Part shown: one piece after another, positions 13,507 through 18,931 of the stretch
Position numbering within the stretch: position 1 is the first letter of the stretch
Layout of the letters: each line of letters opens with the position of its first letter
IMG/VR virus record: IMGVR_UViG_3300045988_031999
Location: 1 to 18,931 of that record
Source of the DNA: a virus
Length of the DNA stretch: 18,931 nt
Strand: one strand, 5' to 3'
Position numbers and translations under genes: made by a program
Notes under the pieces: generated by a model
The model's database searches: none
What the model saw: only the letters and a program-made list of their open reading frames with translations
What the model was told of the DNA's origin: nothing

Positions 13507-15009
13507 ATGGCAACCGTATATACGAAAACCGACAATTACGGGTTGAACTTGTATGGCGACAATGACCCCGCCGACTTGAGGGACGGCTATAACAACTCCA
13601 TGCGCACCATCGATACGACGATGGAACAGCATCTCAATCGTATCGAAGGGGTGGAAGCTCGTGAAACCCAAACGCAAGCGGTTATGAAGGCACTGCTTGT
13701 GGATAACACGGTGGACAATGCCACCGAAAGTAAATCCAAGTGGGATAAAGCGGCTGCGGACGTGGCCACCGCCACAAGCAAGGCCGACAATAATAGCGCA
13801 ATCCTCAACGCGCTCGGCGCGGACACCACAGCGCACGCCACCGCCAGTAAGACAAAGTGGGATAAAGCATCTTCGGACGCCATTGAAGCACTGGCAGACG
13901 CCGCCGCCGCCACTCAAAAAGCCAACGCCGCCACTCAAAAAGCCAATTCCAATACTGCGATTCTCGCCGCGCTAGGCGCGGACACCACCGCTCACGCCAC
14001 CGCCAATAAGACTAAGTGGGATAAGGCGTCTTCGGACGCTATCGGCGCTAACGACGCTATCGCTAGGATCCTTAAAACCTTCTCACGAACGAACGGCCAC
14101 TTGGTCACGTTCGGGGACTCGTACGGGACTAACGCGGATAAGACGCGTGAATGGCCGACCGTGCTCAACGTCCGGCTGGGTGAGAATAGCATACTGCACA
14201 ATTATTGTATAGCAGGCGCGGGTTACACCGCACCAAACACCACGTTCCAGAGCGAACTTAATAAGGCGAAAGCTGACACTAGCTACAATCATGATGAGGT
14301 TGGCTTAGTGGTGATCGCAGGAAGCCGTAACACGAACGATGGGTATTCGGGTGCATTGCGTACCGCTGCCGTAAGCCTATACGAGGGGGTGAAACGTGAG
14401 TTTCCGAACGCGCGGATCATTGTTGTACCTATGATGTGGGATTGGACTCCAGTATCAAATTATTGGCGGTATAATTCCGCAAGCTGTATTTCCGCCGCCC
14501 GTGAAGTCGGCGTGGAAGCGGTACCGTGGGCATGGACGTGGAATCTAGGCAATAACACGTATTTCCCGACCGGCGACATTCACCCGAATGCGGACGGTAC
14601 CAATGTGATCGTATCTTATATGCTTGATTATATCAACCACAATTACACGGGGCGTACGGAATCGTATTCGTGGCGCGACTCCACCAACACGCTCGCACTG
14701 TTCACCGTCAACGCTTCGGGCGGACTCATCACGTTCGGTTGGCATCTCGCCAGTAACGTCACCGCCGCTAATTTTGTGGATATCAAAAACGCATTGCCGA
14801 AATGGGCGGAACGCAATAAGGATACTACGAACGAGCCTGACGCATGGTCTCTCATGGCATCCAATGGCGCGAACGACGCCACCTTGTTCAAGGTGTTGGG
14901 GTCTGACGATCATGTGAGTGGCACGTTTGGTATCCAACCGTACGTCACGACTGGCGCTCATGGTTCGCCTAACGGTTTGATGGGTGGTGGTTTTACCGTC
15001 GCATGGTAA
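13507..15009 (+). CDS. Tail fibre / appendage with internal repeats and an SGNH (GDSL) esterase domain, 500 aa
   Basis: The N-terminal shared module is followed by repeated SK(S/T)KWDKA..D and AIL.ALGADTTAHATA units. SGNH blocks follow: VTFGDSYG (block I, Ser205), VVIAGSRNTNDG (block III-like) and GDIHPNADG (block V, DxxH). Confidence 0.8.
   Translation: MATVYTKTDNYGLNLYGDNDPADLRDGYNNSMRTIDTTMEQHLNRIEGVEARETQTQAVMKALLVDNTVDNATESKSKWDKAAADVATATSKADNNSAILNALGADTTAHATASKTKWDKASSDAIEALADAAAATQKANAATQKANSNTAILAALGADTTAHATANKTKWDKASSDAIGANDAIARILKTFSRTNGHLVTFGDSYGTNADKTREWPTVLNVRLGENSILHNYCIAGAGYTAPNTTFQSELNKAKADTSYNHDEVGLVVIAGSRNTNDGYSGALRTAAVSLYEGVKREFPNARIIVVPMMWDWTPVSNYWRYNSASCISAAREVGVEAVPWAWTWNLGNNTYFPTGDIHPNADGTNVIVSYMLDYINHNYTGRTESYSWRDSTNTLALFTVNASGGLITFGWHLASNVTAANFVDIKNALPKWAERNKDTTNEPDAWSLMASNGANDATLFKVLGSDDHVSGTFGIQPYVTTGAHGSPNGLMGGGFTVAW
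13729..14055 (+). repeat. Imperfect in-frame tandem repeats in the fibre shaft
   Basis: 13801-13885 and 13961-14045 align at nucleotide level (atcctcaacgcgctcggcgcggacaccacagcgcacgccaccgcc... versus attctcgccgcgctaggcgcggacaccaccgctcacgccaccgcc...). The KWDKA motif occurs three times. Confidence 0.85.
13906..13947 (+). repeat. Direct 21-bp tandem duplication (AATQKAN x2)
   Basis: gccgccactcaaaaagccaac at 13906-13926 and gccgccactcaaaaagccaat at 13927-13947 are 20/21 identical. Confidence 0.95.
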
Positions 15010-15028
15010 TGTGATGATGATTTAGGAT

Positions 15029-15068
15029 AATAGCCATAACGTATAATTACGTTATGGCTATTACTTTT
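15029..15068 (+). terminator. Perfect 15-bp hairpin plus short T-run; its right arm contains the next gene's start codon
   Basis: aatagccataacgta at 15029-15043 pairs with tacgttatggctatt at 15048-15062, with loop taat, followed by acttttac. The ATG at 15054-15056 lies inside the right arm. Confidence 0.6.
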
Positions 15069-16265
15069 ACCCAGTGGATTGATCAGACGAAAAACCGTTT
15101 TTGGGATATGGACGGAGCGTACGGGGCGCAATGCTGGGACTTGTGGGCAAAATACAGTATGGACATGTACGGCATGAGTATTCAAGACTGCATCACCCCA
15201 ACCGGCTACGCGGGAGGACTGTATACCGCATACCCCGTGTCCACACGGTGCGAACAAGTATACGAACGGACCCCAGCAGACGGATACTCGCCAGTAGCGG
15301 GTGACGTAGCAATATGGGGATACGGCACCTACACCCCTTATACTCATGTGGCGATAGTCGCGGCAGATGGCGTGCAAAACGGAAACATTTACGTGATCAC
15401 CCAAAACCCCGACGCAAGCGCACTCAAATGGTTCCCCACCGCTGGACTCTTAGGTTATCTGCATCCACGCTCCATGCCGAAACCGGACGTCAACAATCCA
15501 ACCGGCGACAACAATCAAGGAAACCCCGACACGTCACGCGGGGGCGCGTGGATACACTGGCAGGGTGACAATCTCTATCTACACGAAACCGATAACAGTG
15601 GCGCTCGAACACGGATCTTCTACAGGACAACGGCCAATAATTTTTCGGAAAAAGCCCCCCTTGGTCAACCGTCCGACTCGCAAGGACAAGGGCACCCTTC
15701 CAGCTCGGTCAGCGCGGAAAACTCGTATGCGCTCTATGTGGTAGGAACGGTTGAAGCCGGTTTGCGCTGGGATGCAGTGGAAGCGGCCAACTTGCAGGGT
15801 ATCGGCATAGCGCAATGGAGTTTTTCACGCCGGCTACAAGTGCTAAACGCCATGAAAACGGCTGACCCAACCGGCTATACTGCGTTCAAAACGGCTGCAC
15901 CACAGATCGCGGCACTCATGGAATCAGGTGGCGAGTTTACGCGCAATCTCACGCAAGCGGAAGCCACGGCATTCCAAACATGGGCGCGACGTAGCGAGTC
16001 CCATGAGGGTCAGCGCAAACAGTTTGCCGAAGATTACGCCGGATATCCACAGGAATATGATGATGATAAAATGCAGATACTGTGGGTGACGGCATACCAC
16101 CAGTCGCCAGCGAACGCCCTCAAGATTCCGAAGGCGTCCAATCTCGCACAGCTTAAAAACAATATCCTGAGCACGTACCCATTCCAGCCGTACGGCAACC
16201 GCTACAATCAGGCGTACTCATTGTTGAGCGTGTGGGATGGGAAATCGAATCCGCCCGCATTCTAA
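15054..16265 (+). CDS. Tail-associated peptidoglycan hydrolase (phi29 gp13 positional analogue): N-terminal CHAP domain plus unassigned C-terminal domain, 403 aa
   Basis: CHAP signature DMDGAYGAQCWDLW ... THVAIV ... GYLHPRS, paralogous to the endolysin N-terminus. It lies downstream of the fibre genes. The C-terminal ~190 aa (..GTVEAG..GIGIAQWS..) is not confidently assigned. Confidence 0.8.
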   Translation: MAITFTQWIDQTKNRFWDMDGAYGAQCWDLWAKYSMDMYGMSIQDCITPTGYAGGLYTAYPVSTRCEQVYERTPADGYSPVAGDVAIWGYGTYTPYTHVAIVAADGVQNGNIYVITQNPDASALKWFPTAGLLGYLHPRSMPKPDVNNPTGDNNQGNPDTSRGGAWIHWQGDNLYLHETDNSGARTRIFYRTTANNFSEKAPLGQPSDSQGQGHPSSSVSAENSYALYVVGTVEAGLRWDAVEAANLQGIGIAQWSFSRRLQVLNAMKTADPTGYTAFKTAAPQIAALMESGGEFTRNLTQAEATAFQTWARRSESHEGQRKQFAEDYAGYPQEYDDDKMQILWVTAYHQSPANALKIPKASNLAQLKNNILSTYPFQPYGNRYNQAYSLLSVWDGKSNPPAF

Positions 16266-16269
16266 TGTG

Positions 16270-16278
16270 TGATATAAT
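16270..16278 (+). promoter_or_regulatory. Extended -10 promoter element TGaTATAAT
   Basis: TG at 16270-16271 and TATAAT at 16273-16278, 5 nt after the tail-lysin stop codon. Confidence 0.5.
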
Positions 16279-16326
16279 GATGGTTGTCGGCATGTGATGA
16301 CTTTCCCTTGAGCCGACCGTAACTAG

Positions 16327-16369
16327 TGGGAGCGTAACGGTGGTCATGACGTTACGCTCCCATTGTTTT
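16327..16369 (+). terminator. Rho-independent terminator/attenuator immediately upstream of the ATPase SD
   Basis: A 13-bp perfect stem: tgggagcgtaacg at 16327-16339 pairs with cgttacgctccca at 16350-16362. It has a 10-nt loop followed by ttgtttt at 16363-16369. GGGAGG begins at 16370. Confidence 0.7.
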
Positions 16370-16382
16370 GGGAGGTGAGCAT

Positions 16383-17450
16383 ATGGCATTGCAAACATTG
16401 GCTGAAGATGATTACTACGACTTGCATAACCTGCTCACCCGAAACGCTCCGTGGAATTTCGTGATCGGCGCACGCGGCCTAGGCAAAACGTTCGCCGCGA
16501 AACGATATGGTATCAAGGAATATCTCAAACACGGCCACGAGTTCATCTATCTTCGTCGCACGGACGTGGAACAACACCGTAAGGAAACGTTCTTCAAGGA
16601 CATTCAGGAATTTTTCCCATCCTACGAATTTCGCGTGAATGGCGAAAAAGGGCAGATCCATAAAACGTCGTGGGATGAAAAGGACTGGCGTACATGCTGC
16701 TACTTCGTAGCACTCTCACAGGCAGGCGGCTTGAAGTCAGTCGCCTACCCTAAAGTTCACTTGATTATTTTCGATGAGATTTTCCCCGATAACCTACGGT
16801 TCTTAAGCAATGAGGTAAACAGTTTTTCCGAATTCTACAACACCGTGGACAGGTGGCAGGACAGGACCAAAGTATTGTTTTTATCCAACGCGGTGCAGAA
16901 GGCTAACCCGTATTTCGCCAAATACCGGCTGGACATTGGTTCCCAGCAGGCCAACCAGCAGCAATACAAGCTCTATTGCGGAGGGTTTATCTGTCTCGAA
17001 CTGGCCGACTATGGCGGTTTCTCAGCCAAAGTCGCACAATCCAAGTTCGGCAGATTCTTGGAGCAGTACGACGGTGATTACGCCGACTATGCGATCAGGA
17101 ACAAGTTCCGTGACGAATCGGACACATTGCTAGCATCCATACCCAGCGATGGCGAACTCTCATATATTCTGGACACCACCGACTATGCGCGATTCGGTAT
17201 TTGGATATCCGTGTCAGAACGCGACGGGCATGTTTCACAATATGTTTCACGTCGTATACCAAAGGACAATACCAGACCCGTCTACACACTCGAACCCAAT
17301 CATGTCAATGAAAAAACATGGTACGTCAAAAAATCAGACGATATCATCCGCCGGCTCACCACCGGCTATCGACTTGGTAAAATACGTTTCGACGATTCAC
17401 AAGTCAAGGCAGATTTTGGTTTGATCATCGGAGAACTGTTAGGAAAATAG
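16383..17450 (+). CDS. DNA packaging (encapsidation) ATPase, phi29 gp16-like, 355 aa
   Basis: WNFVIGARGLGKTFAAKRYGIKEYLKHGHEFIYLRR (Walker A), LIIFDEIF (Walker B), FLSNAVQKANPYF, VYTLEPNHVNEK and GKIRFDD parallel gp16 LNFVIGARGIGKSYAMKVYPINRFIKYGEQFIYVRR, TIVFDEF, CLSNAVSVVNPYF, VYTLTTDDLNEN and GYLRFDN. The ATG at 16383 (GGAGG plus 7 nt) is preferred over the track's TTG at 16368. Confidence 0.93.
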   Translation: MALQTLAEDDYYDLHNLLTRNAPWNFVIGARGLGKTFAAKRYGIKEYLKHGHEFIYLRRTDVEQHRKETFFKDIQEFFPSYEFRVNGEKGQIHKTSWDEKDWRTCCYFVALSQAGGLKSVAYPKVHLIIFDEIFPDNLRFLSNEVNSFSEFYNTVDRWQDRTKVLFLSNAVQKANPYFAKYRLDIGSQQANQQQYKLYCGGFICLELADYGGFSAKVAQSKFGRFLEQYDGDYADYAIRNKFRDESDTLLASIPSDGELSYILDTTDYARFGIWISVSERDGHVSQYVSRRIPKDNTRPVYTLEPNHVNEKTWYVKKSDDIIRRLTTGYRLGKIRFDDSQVKADFGLIIGELLGK

Positions 17451-17462
17451 AAAGGATAATAT

Positions 17463-17834
17463 ATGACAATGACGGCAACTGACGTATGGTGTGTGTTCGC
17501 GGTAATCTTTTTCATCATCGTGGACTACGTGACCGGACTCGCTAAAGCCATACTTAATGACACGCTCAGCTCACAGAAAATGCGACAAGGATTATGGCAT
17601 AAGTTCGCCTACCTCATGCTAACCTTGGTAGCCTATTTTGTAGACATGATTAACTTGCACGTAGATCTTGGTTTGCCGGTCAGCGTATTTGTATGTACTG
17701 TCGGCGGTATCTCTCTTATTGAGCTTACTTCCATTTTGGAAAACATTACCGCCATCAACCCAGAACTAGCAGACGCCCCATTCATGAGCGTATTCGCACA
17801 AAACAGCACACCAAAACACAAGAAGGAAAACTAA
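17463..17834 (+). CDS. Holin, phi LC3 / Phage_holin_4_1-type, 123 aa, three predicted TM segments
   Basis: IIVDYVTGLAKAILNDTLSSQKMRQGLWHKF...ELTSILENI matches the family pattern (DyiTG...lsS....G..kK...E.lSilEN). It lies immediately upstream of the endolysin. Confidence 0.85.
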   Translation: MTMTATDVWCVFAVIFFIIVDYVTGLAKAILNDTLSSQKMRQGLWHKFAYLMLTLVAYFVDMINLHVDLGLPVSVFVCTVGGISLIELTSILENITAINPELADAPFMSVFAQNSTPKHKKEN

Positions 17835-17835
17835 C

Positions 17836-18513
17836 ATGAATATTCAAGAATGGATGAACTCAGTAAACGGACAAGTTGTGGACATGGACGGTGCGTACGG
17901 TGGGCAATGCTGGGACCTATGGAGCAGCTACGCCCGAAACGTGTACGGGATCCCAGCCGCCGACACCAACACCGTAGACGGATACGCCGCAAGCGTCTAC
18001 ACCGCACGATTCTACAATTCTCGCGCACTGCAAGACGTTTTCACCAAAGAACGTGCCGACTATACGCCAGTTTACGGTGACGTAGCCTTTTGGAACGGTA
18101 ACGGAATGAACCACGTCGCCATCGTCGTACGAGACAACGGCAACGGCACCTTGGAAACCATGTCACAAAACCCCAACAAAGCCGGATACGTCACCATCTC
18201 CAAGAACGGCATCATCGGATACTTCCACCCACGCTCAGCAAACACGCCCGCCCCATCGACAGCAAACAATAACGTAACCATCATCCCACGCACCTACAAA
18301 GTCAACGTGGACGTACTCAACGTACGCTCGGCACCATCGGTCAATGCGGAAGTGGTAGCACAGTATCACTACGGACAAACCGTAAACCTAGCCGAAGGCG
18401 GCACAATCGCAGACGGGTACATTTGGGCACACTACACAGGCGGATCCGGCGCAACCAGATACGTCGCACTAGCACCATCCGACAAGTCAGCATGGTATCT
18501 TATTTTCGCCTAA
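17836..18513 (+). CDS. Endolysin: N-terminal CHAP amidase/endopeptidase plus C-terminal SH3b cell-wall-binding domain, 225 aa
   Basis: DMDGAYGGQCWDLW ... NHVAIV ... GYFHPRS (CHAP Cys/His). The C-terminal YKVNVDVLNVRSAPSVNAEVVAQYHYGQTVNL...GYIWAHY is an SH3b pattern. The start lies 1 nt after the holin stop. Confidence 0.9.
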   Translation: MNIQEWMNSVNGQVVDMDGAYGGQCWDLWSSYARNVYGIPAADTNTVDGYAASVYTARFYNSRALQDVFTKERADYTPVYGDVAFWNGNGMNHVAIVVRDNGNGTLETMSQNPNKAGYVTISKNGIIGYFHPRSANTPAPSTANNNVTIIPRTYKVNVDVLNVRSAPSVNAEVVAQYHYGQTVNLAEGGTIADGYIWAHYTGGSGATRYVALAPSDKSAWYLIFA

Positions 18514-18528
18514 GCTGACGGCATAAGG

Positions 18529-18560
18529 AAAGCCCCTAGGTTTAATAACCTAGGGGCTTT
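18529..18560. terminator. Bidirectional terminator hairpin between convergent genes
   Basis: A perfect 14-bp stem: aaagcccctaggtt at 18529-18542 pairs with aacctaggggcttt at 18547-18560, with loop taat. It lies between the endolysin stop (18513) and the minus-strand gene's stop (18565). Confidence 0.8.
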
Positions 18561-18564
18561 ACTT

Positions 18565-18816
18565 TCAGTCGTTCAACGTGACTTTAAACACCTTGCGGCG
18601 GCGGCCCTTGCTATCCTTATCCATCTTACGTTCCACATATTCGTAATCATCAGTAAGAAACAGTTCAATGATTGTAGCCAATGCCGACTCAAACGAAACC
18701 GTAGAATCATCAAACTCACCATTGTTGGCAACAGTACGATAGTCCATGCCGCCAAGATAAACGTGATATTCACTGTCTTCCGAAAGTTCAATTACAACGG
18801 CTTCAAAATTCATCAT
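18565..18816 (-). CDS. Hypothetical right-end early protein, 83 aa, acidic with a basic C-terminal cluster
   Basis: The only minus-strand gene. Its ATG at 18816 is the mirrored copy of the ATG at 116 inside the ITR, with the same SD. Sequence: MMNFEAVVIELSEDSEYHV...KGRRRKVFKVTLND. The track's longer version (to 18888) only adds ITR-derived codons. Confidence 0.65.
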   Translation of the reverse strand: MMNFEAVVIELSEDSEYHVYLGGMDYRTVANNGEFDDSTVSFESALATIIELFLTDDYEYVERKMDKDSKGRRRKVFKVTLND

Positions 18817-18849
18817 TTTATTTTCCTTTCCCTTGAAACGGATAACTAC

Positions 18850-18858
18850 ACTATAACA
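18850..18858 (-). promoter_or_regulatory. Mirror extended -10-like element in ITR-R, reading inward
   Basis: Reverse complement of 74-82, upstream of the minus-strand ATG at 18816. Confidence 0.5.
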
Positions 18859-18863
18859 CAAAC

Positions 18864-18901
18864 AAACAAACGACACGCCCAAAAACAAACAACACGCCCA
18901 A
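18864..18901 (-). repeat. Mirror copy of the tandem 19-bp repeat inside ITR-R
   Basis: Follows from the perfect ITR. It is the reverse complement of 31-68. Confidence 0.9.
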
Positions 18902-18931
18902 AATAAAAAAAGTTGACAGACAGGCGTAAAA

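Larger units (their letters stand above)
18813..18931. repeat. Right inverted terminal repeat (ITR-R), 119 bp
   Basis: Exact reverse complement of 1-119, ending exactly at the window edge. Confidence 0.97.

Noticed and set aside
18913-18918. Perfect TTGACA -35 hexamer in the ITR (mirrored at 14..19 on the minus strand)
   Set aside because: It points outward, with only 13 nt left before the DNA end, so no -10 or transcript can follow on a linear genome. It is more likely part of the origin or TP-polymerase recognition sequence, or a coincidence.
1-18931. Search for tRNA, CRISPR arrays, integrase/recombinase, transposase or lysogeny module
   Set aside because: There are no cloverleaf-like segments and no regularly spaced repeat-spacer arrays. 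No ORF has recombinase or transposase hallmarks, and nearly all space is accounted for by the phi29-type gene set. The element looks strictly lytic.

Overview
The window looks like a complete ~18.9-kb linear genome of a phi29-like podophage with protein-primed replication. Perfect 119-bp inverted terminal repeats (ITRs) sit exactly at both window edges. All credible genes are on the + strand except one inward-facing gene at the right end.

Layout, left to right:
- 1-2.6 kb: a T-rich, low-GC block of about nine tiny early ORFs of unknown function.
- 2.6-5.9 kb: a replication module collinear with phi29 genes 6-5-3-2 (p6-like dsDNA-binding protein, p5-like SSB, putative terminal protein, small family-B DNA polymerase).
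- 5.93-6.11 kb: a 230-bp non-coding gap that appears to encode a ~170-nt structured RNA.
- 6.1-16.3 kb: late genes (scaffold, capsid with C-terminal Ig-like domains, gp9-like tail knob, gp10-like portal, putative lower collar, a four-gene fibre cluster ending in an SGNH-esterase fibre, and a CHAP tail lysin).
- 16.4-18.5 kb: gp16-like packaging ATPase, LC3-type holin, and CHAP+SH3b endolysin.

No tRNA, CRISPR array, integrase or transposase was seen.

Most interesting observations:
1. A pRNA-like ncRNA candidate at the position syntenic with phi29 pRNA.
2. A polymerase with apparently degenerate exonuclease motifs and an NTD (not DTD) motif C.
3. ITRs that contain the promoter, SD and ATG of both terminal genes.
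4. Three or four tandem fibre genes that share one N-terminal module.
5. A perfect 15-bp hairpin that buries the SD-less start codon of the tail lysin.
6. A promoter/hairpin/terminator leader in front of the ATPase-holin-lysin block.

All homology statements come from by-eye comparison with phi29 protein sequences recalled from memory. No searches or folding programs were run.
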